A stretch of DNA of 63,200 bases, filler included, from Bipalium vagum (taxonomy: Eukaryota): the NCBI GenBank assembly GCA_037834085.1. It is 3 parts of 3 records of this genome, joined end to end, with 100 filler letters (N's around TTAATTAATTAA, not from the genome) between each part and the next. Parts side by side here need not be neighbours in the genome. Positions count along the whole stretch, not along the records: positions 21,917 to 47,689 come from JBBMKC010177647.1; 2 more parts are not named here. One strand, given 5' to 3'. Shown here piece by piece: positions 23,378-35,706 of this stretch (the first letter of the stretch is position 1; each line of letters begins with the position of its first letter). Under the pieces are notes generated by a model. The model was not told the DNA's origin and searched no databases. It was given only the letters and a program-made list of their open reading frames with translations. The position numbers and the translations under genes were made by a program.

Positions 23378-26300
23378 ATGTCGGAATATAATGCTTACTC
23401 AAATCTATTACAATCGACACAGGCAGAATTTATTTCTTCGGAAACATTAGATTCTACATCTAACCAGATCTCCGTTAATAATTCAAATAACAATTTGATT
23501 TATAATTCGGCGCCTCTCATTTTTCTCAATTCTCAAAAGTCCGACGTTGGACTGCTCCAAAATTCAGTGGTAAGATTTTCGATTATTGTTTCATTGATAC
23601 CATAGATGGTATTAATGTTATTGATTATTTTCTTCATGTCAGACAGTCTGTTGGTTGATAAATTTAGAATTATCAAGTGATGTTTTTTTTCTTTGAAAAT
23701 GTTTTAAATTGATGACATGGTGATATTTTCTTCACAGCGGTCAGAAATGCGTTTAGAATTTTATCATTGTGCCTTAAATAAATTTAAATTGATTGACTTT
23801 TATAGATCCGTTTAATATTCGATTTTCTTAGAATAAATCGTTATCGATTTTCATTGTTACACCTTTTCCATATTTGGAATTATTGAGTCTTTTTTTTGTT
23901 TGTATCACAACAAAGTATTATCCATAATGTATTGTCGACCAGTTGATCACGTTTTTCACTAGGTTCTTCCAGTGCTCAATCTCTTGCTCCTCGGTGCTAA
24001 AATTTCGATTATCTTGTTAAGAAAAAGGCGACATAATCTCACCGAAACTCATTTTCCTTTATTGATTAGATTCAGGAACGATAGATAATTGATAAATGCA
24101 TCGAGGTTGTTTGTGAAAGACAGAATAACGTTGAGGTTATTTTTATGATGGTGATCATTTCTCATTATTGATCGATTGATTATATATTGATTTATGAAGT
24201 AAGGTTACCTTGTTGTATTGAAACAGAGCAAAAAATAGATTTCATTAATTGAAAAAAAAATCAAAATGAACTTTTAATAATGTCAATTTTCTGTGTCGAT
24301 TAATTCTATATATTGATTTGAATTGAATTTATCGATATTTGAATCGATTTTATTTTTTTGTCAAGGACAAAAATTCAGTATTCTTTGAAAAAGTTTTCAA
24401 ATGGGAAAAAGTCTGTCTATTATGGATTTTAAATTATTGATTTCTTATAAAACTTCCGTAAATAACAAAATCAATGGTATTTTCCGAAGAAGAATTCAAT
24501 GTATGTATAACGATTTTTTTATTGCATAGAAAGGTTTAGAGGGAAGGGAACATTCCCAATCGTTGATGACATTTGGAAGAATCAATTATGATAGTTGTGA
24601 AATGTTAAAAACGAAAATTTATAAATCGATATTTGAACGGTTGACTCATGTGAAAAATTGTGAACATCATCATGTGACCATGTGATATCGTTTCTCAATC
24701 AATTTACCGACCTCATTTAATTGAAAATCGATCCAATATTTTCTGTATGTGTACGTGATTATTTTTGAAATGTAACGAATAGTTTATATTTTAAAAAATT
24801 GAGCACGGAGATTTTTAGTATTTTTGGAAATCGGCGTCGATGTCCAGGTATTCGTTGTCGTCTGTGTTTGGTGCCAGCACGCATGTTTCGTGAAAACAGA
24901 AAAAAGATATTTCCAATAGAAAAATACGGTGCAATAAAATTTATTTTGTAGAAATAATCGATTTTTATGCGTGCTGAATTCCATTCTTCTGGTAGGTTTG
25001 GTCATTTTCCGATTCAGAATTATCGATTTTTTTGAATGATGCACCCATTCTTCTGGGAATATTTTCAAATTAATTTTATTTATTAATTAATTTTAATTTT
25101 ATTTTAATTTTTTAATTTTTATTAATTTCTGATGAAATTTTCTTAAACAGAAAATAAGGATGGGCATTTTCATACATCAGAATTATCGAATTGTTATCCA
25201 TACATCAATACAGACACTTTCGACAAAAAAAATCATTTATTGATCAATAAATCGACGGTCTAGGATTTCAGAGTGAATACTGTTATTATTATCGAATATT
25301 ACTATTTTTAACGTTCTTGTTAAAATTAGATCGATGGAGATTAATCGATTTATTGATCTAAGAAGATTTTTTCCACTGATGAATTGTACGTTTCTGGTCT
25401 CTGGTTTTGTTCGATAAATCAATATTTAAAATAAAAAGATTGGAACATGTTCTGCACATTGTGAATATTGAGTAAACGAAAACCCATGAAAATGAATAAT
25501 TTACGTTTGATTGCTTTAAAACTGATAGGCATTATTTATTGGTTGATTTATTTTTATTGATTGGAAATCGATTGTGTATGTTGAAATGAAAAATAAATAT
25601 TTTTCAAATAAATAATATCGGGAAATAAAAAAATTTATTTGTGATAGATCTTTTATTGCTCATGAGTTTCTGCTCACAATCAGTAGTCGACATTTTCTCT
25701 GAAATAAAATCTCAGTATCATATCGATTTCTTTCTTTGAAAATTATTGATTAAAACTTTAATAATGAAAAATTATTATTAAGAATTGATTTTTTAATTTT
25801 TTCAATTTAATTTAAATACTTTAATTTTCAATAATCGATCAACTTTGAAAAGAAAAAAATATTTTCAATTTTTTAGTTTTCTCCTTGACTTTTTTTTCAA
25901 AAATTCACTCCAATGATATCAAACAAGAAGATCAAGGGATTTGTCATATCGATTAAAAAATAGTGTTCTAAAAATTATCTTTTTAAATCTATAAAGAATT
26001 TGAGCTTAATAAATTTTATGGTTAATGAAAAATAGATATTTATTTTAGAAAATTGAAAAATTGTTCAATCGGTAAAAATCGAGGAAAGCTTCAATTTGGT
26101 TTTCTCAAAAAAGATTTACCCATCGCTCATGATACATTTGAGAGTTTATAAATAAAAATATTCTGAATAATTAAACCATAAAATATTGATCACAAATAAG
26201 CAAGTCGGTGTCCAAAATTGTCGTCACTTGCTGTGAAAGTCGAAAGTGGTGCCAATAAAATTTTCTGAAAAAGAAATTTTGCCTTTGATAAAGGAATTAT

Positions 26301-29300
26301 CGATTTCTTCCTTTATTAATTTGTCTGTAGAACGAAAAAGAATGTTTCAATAACGAAAAATGAAATTTGCATTTCCTTAATTGAAATCCATAAAAAAGTA
26401 ATTGTTAAAATAAAAGAATATTAATTTTTAATTATTTTATTTTTAAGTGATTGATTACTTTACTATGAAAAATGTTGAACTTATTTTTAAATAAATCAAT
26501 GAATATATTATCGAGTTGTTTTTTATTTTTATTGATTTTATGAATTTTTTATTATTATTGTAGTTTTTCATTATTGATCTATTCAATTATTGATAAAAGA
26601 TGTGCAAATTAGTCATAATATCACCAGTTGTTTGAGGTCAGCTTGATTATTGAATTTAAGCCAATTAGATCGGAAGATTTTTAACATTTATACTTTCAAC
26701 CTGTCTGTCAATATTGTAGCAATATTTTTCTCTGTGAATTTTTTTTACATCACCAATTCTGGTGCAACTGAATTACTTTGTCAAAAAAGCCTTTCCATCA
26801 TAATAAGGTTGCACTTCTTTTCCATTTTCACTTGATATCGATTCTCAAGTAAATATATCACATCAGCTTTAAGCACTCATTTTTTGATTGTTTAAATCAG
26901 TTTTATTTTTGAAAAGACGATGGTTTTTGGTGCCGGGAATAATCCTGATGAGGAGTTCCGTGCAGTATTTTTTGACAGAGGTGGTCACTCAGCAAAAGGT
27001 GACACGTAACGACTTCTGAGGTCAACTAAATTTCAGCTGTTCTTTCTGTTGTACATTGATTTTTCGTTTATTGATTTTTCAAAATGATAGCCTTTTCTAT
27101 TTTACTATTATTGATTTTTTATTTAATAATTTTCTTTCTCTTATTGACGATAAAATATTGACATTTCAATCTAAAAAAGCTATACAACTCTGGCATTATA
27201 ATAATAGTGTTTTATTTAGAATTCGATCAATACTCGTTTTTAATTTTGATTTTCATTATTTGTGAATCAAATTGTGAAATATCAATTTTTCTGTAATCTG
27301 TGGTTTTGGCTTTTGATCAGATAACGATTATTTGAAAAATGTAGAAAAACTTTCATTTATTTATTTTCAATTTTACCGTTAAAAGTTAATTGATTTAATT
27401 ATTGATTTATTTTAGTTTCCATTCTTATATTTGATATTTTTTATCGATATTTTTACCTCAGTTGAGTCCGTCGCAATTTTCAATTTTTCTTCATCTGCAC
27501 CCCGACAAACATCGATAATGTGGGCTTATTTCAAAATGAAATGGAAAACTTTTAATCAATTGGTCTGATAAAAATGAACAATTGATTAAAATATTAGATT
27601 TTACCCTTATTGTCTTTCCGTCCAAAAAATAAACTGAATCGACAATTTTCAGACACGAAATATTTTAATAGATATGCAAAACAATAATGTCTCATTTTTT
27701 CACGTAATTATCCTAGGTACTTGTCTTCCTTCAGATTTCTCATTAGTCTTCAGACTATGACGTGAAAAAGACATTTTATTTCTTAAACTTTCTAAAGATT
27801 TGATGCAATGGTTATTTATTACTTCTTGGTCCACGGAGTTCTTCATCTTTTGTTGACATGATCTCATTCACATTTTATAATTTTTTCTCCAAACTGAAAA
27901 AAATCATTTAAAATACATTAGATATCATTTAACAAATTTACTTTTAAAGGTCAATATTTATGAATTCAAATCAGTTTTTAGTATTTTCCATTAATTATAT
28001 TCGTTATTGATTTAAAATTATGTAAATTCTATGACAATACTGTTTCACCTTTACAATTATTATTGATTTTTAAATTAAAAGTGCCTATCAGATCTTGATT
28101 TTTCACGCCAGCTCATTGGTTGGATATTATTATCTTTATTATTGTGAAAAATACGTTATCACAATGAAAATGATCATCAAATCTGTAAAATGCAAATTGC
28201 AAGAGCTTACAATCAATACACAAAGTGCTTGGTTACAACGTGACAATGGGCCGCACTTGATTCACTGAGAGCGTGTTCAGGCTCACAAGACACTCAAGAT
28301 AGAAACAGTGAATTATTGTCTGAGTGCTGGGCTAATAATTGTCCCAAAACTCAAATTTCATTTCTCTAATTACCACCTGTTCCCATGTCCACGGTTGCGC
28401 TTTGATATCATATGACAAACAATTAGCTTTCACTCTCATCATAATTCGCTTATCGGCGGCTTTCTTTGATTTCTGAAGACAAAAAGTTCTTTTTTCCACT
28501 GATTATTTCAAATTGGTTTTCAGATAAAAATCAATAATTTCGTTTTTGTTTCTAACCTTTTCGGAATGAAATAAAAATTCCGTTGATCAAAGGACAAATA
28601 AGTTTGGTTTATTTATTTAAATTTTGTCAAAAATTGAAAATCAGTGCGATAAAGTAAAAAGAATCGACAATATGAAGATTTTGAGATCATTCTATACTCT
28701 AGACTTCAATATTTCTCAGGATCCCTTCCGCAAAAGTTGTTTCTGATTTCCACACGTTTTACCAACATTGTGGGTTTTCTCTCACGACTTCACCCTCATT
28801 TCTTTTTCACTTTTTCTCTTATGATATTTAAAACATTAAAACCAAAAAGATAAAAAAGAAAATTGAATTTACTGTTTTGCAACACAGATAAACGATGGCT
28901 CAACATACCTCACGATCCAAACGCAGCCAAACGGCGGTGCCAACGAACTCAACGGAGCCAAGCTGCTGAACACTCCCATCATAATCCAAAGTTCGCCGAC
29001 AATACCTATCCAAACTACTCAATACCAGCAGCAGTCAACGTCGGCGATCAACGTCCAGCCGAACGCCGCCAATCCAGTAACCTCACTGACGTCCAGTCAG
29101 CTGCAGAGTCTGTCGTATTTGATGCAGACCCAAATTACACCTCAATTTATCCAGACCTCGAACGGGCTGATCCAGATTATTCCCCACGGCTTGATCGCAA
29201 CACAAAACTCCAACAACCAATTGCAGAATCACAATCAAGATCAATTGGTGACATCTCAGCTGACAGCTTTGCCGACTTTGGGTTGGTCTCTCAACAATTT

Positions 29301-32300
29301 CAACACCGCCAACAATCAAATAACCATCGATAATCAGGTTGGTGTCGGTTGGCTGGTTTGGTTTGGTTTGTGTTCTTTTATTTGGAACAAAGATGATATA
29401 TATTGATTTTATTTCATCAATGGATTAATTTCACCGTCACTGATTCGTGTCATTGTCCATAAATTATTATTATCATTGACACAATGAAATCGATATGGAG
29501 TCGTTGGTAGTTCAGGTTTCGTTGTGTTCAGAGTGACAGAGGACATTTTTCAAAAATTCTAACTTGATTACACTTTTTGATTGATTTTTTTTGAAAAAAC
29601 TATCAATTTAAATAACATCGATATTTTGTTAGAAAATTATTAATGGATTATTATTGATTTATTATTGGTTGATAAATTTTAGTGTTGTGAATTTTTTTAT
29701 TCATTCTTTTTACCTATAACTCGAATGAACATAGGTTTCTTAAAAATATAGCTAAAGTCGATGTCGGTATTTTTCACGTCATACCATACAGCTCTAAGAG
29801 AGATAACGTATCAGGGGAACGATCGGCTAAACTATAATATATTAAGCAATATGTGAAATCGACAATTGGTGAAGAAGTGAGGGAAAGGAAGGAGGTAGGA
29901 GGTCGATGAAGGTCGTTTGTGAATTTTTTTAAAAATAATTAATTAACATCATTCTTGATGATCAATTGATTATGTTCAATTTTTTTGGGAGTTAAATATT
30001 CTGAAACTCCAATGAATAGTGAAATGATATGATGGTGGTATTGGTAAATATGTTTTGTGGGCGTCATATCGATTGAGAATTTGGTGGCACCATAAGCAGC
30101 GTCAGCAGAAAAAATGTAGGCTGAGAAGAAAAGGGGAGGAGATGAGGAAGTGTTATTGGTATTTTGGGGCTCACATTACTGTCCACAGTTTCTTTTCTGT
30201 ACATCATTATCGTCATCATTTTTATTATTGACAACCGAATATTGATTGATGACAACTGAAAGTAAAACATAATGTGCTGTAAAATCGAAAAAAATCAGAT
30301 TAGCGATCGACGGTACTGTGTGCGGGATGCTTTTATCTGACTTAAACGTGATCGATACGGTCAGAAATCGATTTTCTCAGCTAATGTGAATCACTGTATG
30401 TCGTCGTCGTTGTCATCGTTGGTGTTGCTTGACTGTGGTGATTAATTGTGTGTGCGTGTATGATGTACTAAAATTAGATTTAAAAATTACGATTTGTGAT
30501 ATATGTTGTGAGAGAGAGAGATAATGTCATAATTTGTCTCGCTTCTCTTCCTTCTTCCTTTCTCTTTTGTGTAACACATTGATATTTTTTATCACAACGT
30601 TATGGTGCACTCATTATCAACAAAACCCCGCCCTCTTTCAAAGTCAATGAGCTTGTGCGATCACATTTCTGAGTTAGAATTTTGTTTGTCCTGTTTTTTT
30701 AATGTGAAGGAGATACCACGATGGTAATCAACATTTCATTGACAGAAAAAGAAAACAGCACCGATGGCGGTTTCTCTATTGTGTGATTTTTTGCTGAACA
30801 GTTTAATAAATTCTTCAATATTGATAAATAATGACAATGCGAATATGATTTTTTTATTTCCATTCATTTTTTATCGATCATTTTTATTTGTATTTATTAT
30901 TATTATTTAAAATTAAAAATTCAAATCATTTTCAACCAAATTACGCTGTTGGTTAGTGATAAATTTATCTCAATTGATCAATAATTCGAATTTTTTAACG
31001 GTCTCAAATTTATTATTCATTGGTTTAAATTTGATTAAAAAATTTTCACATGAAATTCCTTGTCCTTCTCTTATCTCCGTGTACTTTCTCCATGTTCCAA
31101 TTTAAGGTTAATTTTAAAATTTATTTTTGCTTTGTTTTATTAAATCAATAGTTATGGAATAAGCAATAAGTAATTCACGTGGTTTTTTAAAATGAATCGT
31201 TATTCCATTGAACCGCGGGTGTCAAGGCGACTTGGTTGATAAAAGTTGAGATTTAGTACTCTTGAGAAGAATTTATCGATTTTAATAAAATATCGATAAA
31301 AGTTGTAAAACATCACATTGACTTTTATTTCTATTGTTCTAATATTAAGTTTTAATATTGTTATTGTATTGATTTCTTAAAAATAATATTTGACATTGAA
31401 AGAAGTATTGTTCATTATTCTCAGTTTTATTTTGAATTGAGTTTTTGAATCTATTTTTAAGTTACATATTTTGTGCCATATATCGATAACTGTCTTATAA
31501 TTTATTTAAAGATCTGCAGAATTTCAGGTTGTTTTTTTCTTAGTATGAATCATTAAATATTATAGCACTGTTGCTATGGTGACAGAAGTTTGTATTATAC
31601 TCAGCATAACCATCATATGAGTTGCTTGTTTTTTCAATTGTCTTTTTAAAGCTAATTTCATCATAAAAAATGACCAATGTTCAGTGATGTTCTGAAAATT
31701 TCACCAATTACCTGAGTAGTAATATAAACATTTTCCTTCTATTCTTTAAAAACATGTTTCTTTCGATTATTAATTAAAAATAACATTCTTAAAAAATTGA
31801 TTTTCTGTTTTCCTCTTAGGTTTGTGGTGGAGTGCTTGTTTACATAATCGATTTAAGTTTCGATACAATTTTCAAATAATTTTTTATCATTAAATTTTTA
31901 TTGGTTGAAATGAGTTTCAGTAAACAATCAATCGATAATTGTAATTATTTGGAGAGGAATTTTTAAAAATTCGTTTTTTCTACTAATAATTTTGGTCGAT
32001 ATGATAAAAATTTGGAAGAAAGAACACAAAACGGAGGTGATAAAGGGTGAACAACGAATTTTTGTTGAAATATGCTGGTTTTTTGTATATAATATACTGT
32101 GCCAATCACCTTGAAATCTATTTCTATTTATATGAATTATTTGTCGGTATTTTTAAGTTTCGATAATTTTGTTCCGACTGGTCGACCGAAATCATAGTAG
32201 AAAATAAATTGATAATCTTAATTTTACAAAATTTGAAGTCGATTTTAAAATACAGATTTTATTGTGTCTATGGTTCAGAATTGATTAAATTAATGAGTTT

Positions 32301-34078
32301 TTGTATCATGTCACGAAGCTTTTAATAGGAAAGTCATACTATATCTAAACATTTCAATAATAAAATATGATTAAAATTTAAATAAAATCAATCAATTTTA
32401 GATAAAGAATTAAAAATTTCATGTTTAATTGCGACTTATTTGTTATTGTATAACGAATAAATATTTTTCTAATAAAATCCCGGTGTTTTATAGTGTTTAC
32501 ACCAGAAATCTTAATAAAAATCAATTTAATTACAAGTAACAATTTCATAATTAAATATAACAAGTCAATTATTTTTTTACTATTATATAAACAATCAATA
32601 ATAATAAAATTAATAAACAATTGAAATTTAAATGAAAGTTTTGAAATTGATTTTTTATTTTATCATTACTATCATCAACCATTATTCAGATTCACCAGAT
32701 CCAACTGAATAATCTCGGCATACCCCAACTGATACCATTGCAACAAATAATCCAGCCATCCAATTCGTTTTTCAATCACCAGAACGATGATCAAAACCAA
32801 ATTGTATCGACCATTGTCGATTTGAACACTAGTGAAAAGAAATCTATAGACACCGGTGCAGTGAATAATGGTAACAATATTAACAGCAACAAAAAGGGAT
32901 CTCGTCGGAAAAGAAAGCCGACAAACAAAATTGGAATGGTGGTGGAATCGTCTCAGCTGTCCAGTCCGTTGGCTAATCACCACCCAACCAGTACCAATGA
33001 GGTGATGAAGGAAGTGGCCGAGAGCAGCAGCAGCAACATCAATAACGGCATGATGAGTTCCAACATCCTCAATGGCCTTAGCAACAGTCTTGGCGACACC
33101 AATGCTACGACAACCGCCTCTGGAACCGTCGCAACCAATAACACTCTGTTTGACAACAAAGGCCGCCCGTTCAGCTTTCTGTGCCCTGAATGTCCGAAGA
33201 AGTTCACTCTCAATTCTCGTCTGAACGCTCATATGAGATGTCACACGGGTATGCGTCCATTCACGTGCAACGTGTGTGCCTTTTCGTTCACGCAGAAGAG
33301 CTATCTGATTCGTCATGCCGCTGTCCACAAGGAAGAGCGACCGTTCCATTGCGAAAAATGCCAAAAGAGCTACAAGCACTACGGATCGTTGGCCAATCAC
33401 CGCAAATTGCACCGGAAGGACGAGAAGAACGAGACAGAAATAATCATCGTCGGCAACGATTTGAAATTGGAATCTTCGGTCGTGCAATCGTCATACAACG
33501 GTAGCTCAAAATCATCATCGATTGTTATTGGCGGTAACGGTTCACATAACAACAATGGGAACGAATACGGAGTCGTTGTAGCCAATAATCAAAACTTTGA
33601 AACAAACAAAATAATCGTGTCCCAAGAAATCGATGATGTCAATCACGGTTTCACCATCACTTCATCATCGGTTCATTCGACAACTGGGAGTGTTGGTAAC
33701 AGTAACGGTGGCGGAAGTAGTGGTTATATTAAAGATTTGGATCTCTATCCGATAACGCTGTCTCAACAGTTGACAGACAACAACGTTGTCGTCGTTGATA
33801 ACGGCAGTCACCAGTCGTCTGGCAACGTTTTTTTCCAAACGGCGCAGTCCCAACTCCTCGACCAATCGTATAGCAGCAGTAAATCCAATTATGTTTCCAA
33901 TAGCAACACCAATGGTAACAACAATGGTGGAGGAAATGGAAACATGTTGGAACTGTCTAGCTCTGCTGTTACCGCCAATCGTCACAATGATCATCATCAG
34001 AATTCAAACGAGGTCGTGTCGTCGGTTCATCAAATATTTTCAAACAATGAAAATCTTCGCTCATCTTATATTATTTGA
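23378..34078 (+). CDS. Triple C2H2 zinc-finger transcription factor with Q/N/S-rich low-complexity regions (~676 aa, 3 coding exons)
   Basis: Exons 23378-23569 (GTG|gtaag), 28888-29337 (acacag|ATA...CAG|gttggt) and 32690-34078 (ttcag|ATT; an in-frame alternative acceptor gives a start at 32699). All are phase 0 and open. Fingers CPECPKKF..H..H, CNVCAFSF..H..H and CEKCQKSY..H..H, with TGMRPF and KEERPF linkers. The last exon is certain; the joining of upstream exons is inferred. Confidence 0.85.
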
Positions 34079-34922
34079 CCGATTATTATTCTCTACAAAG
34101 TTTTGGAATGGTGCTCTATATATCCCTCTCCTTTCTTTTCTCTGTCTGTCTGTCTCACGTGCCTTCTTTTCTATATATATTAAAAGACATACACACAAAA
34201 GCGCGCTGGCAACTGCAACAAACCTCCCCCTCTCTGTGTGTATTTCCATTTATATATTTTTGCGCTTTAGGATATTATATATAAATATTTATTTTCCATT
34301 GGTTAATTATTTATACACATACACATCCTCTTATAATATTATTATTTGACGATGAGAGTAGACGAATTTTAATTGAAACGAACATGCATTTTGACGAGAA
34401 AAAAAATGGAAAAGGACAGTAACCATCGGAAAAACTGGTTGCATTACATTGATTTTTTTTAAAAACGAAATCGTTTTGTTATTTTTGTAATTTGACCACA
34501 CTGATAAAGTACAAAAAAGCTCTATCTCTTGACCCTATGAACTAATGTATCATTTTTGTACAGTTTAAAGTAACTTGTTGCAATAACGTGTTCTCTTCGT
34601 TTTAATCAATGTTTAGTGTAACATCAATAATTTATAATTATTACGATATTGTTATAATAATTATTAGATGATTTTCATAATAATAATAATCAAGATCGTT
34701 TCAACTCGATATTATTGTATATTCATTTGTATGATTGTCGGTTTGAATTTTATTTACAGTATTATGCATGATTGTGCATACTCATTGGAGTGCCTCATGT
34801 TTTAAATGTACATAAACCGATAAGGTGCTTCCCGATATTATCGATGCCTTATTATGGTAATGCTTTGTCATAACACTTTTCAATCAATTATTTAACTGTT
34901 GCTGTACTTTAAGCGTATCATA

Positions 34923-34928
34923 AATAAA
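34923..34928 (+). terminator. Candidate polyadenylation signal of the zinc-finger gene
   Basis: AATAAA ~850 nt after the stop, followed by a T-rich downstream tract. Confidence 0.45.
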
Positions 34929-35010
34929 ACTATTGCTTTGATATTATTTTCTTTTGGACTTTTTTGTAAAACATTGGAAAAAATTAAAATGATTATTTAA
35001 CAGAAATGTC

Positions 35011-35016
35011 TTTATT
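35011..35016 (-). terminator. Candidate polyadenylation signal of LIS1
   Basis: TTTATT on + (AATAAA on -) ~690 nt after the LIS1 stop. Other AT-rich alternatives exist. Confidence 0.35.
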
Positions 35017-35706
35017 TTTAAATTTAAAATGACAGAAATATGGTTCAACACTTGTGGATTGAAAACCTTAATAATGAATGGAGAATTAAAGTAAGACAAT
35101 CAATAATAACAATAATCACATTTTACGCTGCCAATACTCAATAAAATCATTTATTTAAAATCAATCAATTCACTTCTCTATTTCACAAATCGAGAGACAA
35201 ACACACGTGGCTTCTATAATGTTTTTGGCAAATTCGAAGAAATAAATACAAATATCCAAATGAGAGAGAAAGTATTCAATAAAAATAAATCAATTTAACT
35301 CAATTATTCAACAAAATTCTCTCTCAGAATGCTCAATTTTTTTGAATAAGCACTCCTTTAAAAAAGAAATATACCGTACCGACCACACACAGACAGAATA
35401 AACTATCATTATTATTACTATTTTAATATTATTTGTTAATAATCGCCGACGAAACAAAAATCGATAAATGTGTGTGAATTATTGAAAACGAGCACCACAT
35501 CACTTCGATTATATAATATTACTCAATTCTGAAAAATCGATTTCTTAAAATGCTTTTTACAGAGAAGACAAACTTTCACTCAAAATCTCTCTTTCAAGAC
35601 AGAGACGCGAGCTCAATTTTGAAATATATATAGATCAATAGTTTTATTATCATTATTATTTGGTGGTTTTGGTGTGTATTCTTTTTTGAACTGAAACAAG
35701 TAATGA

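Noticed and set aside
28863-29333. 156-aa ORF as an independent gene
   Set aside because: It starts at TTG inside the intron. The alternative frame (28888-29337) has matching phase-0 splice sites and fits the zinc-finger gene.
32675-33487. 270-aa antisense ORF and other ORFs overlapping the zinc-finger exon
   Set aside because: Shadow ORFs of a relatively GC-rich coding exon, with no motifs of their own.
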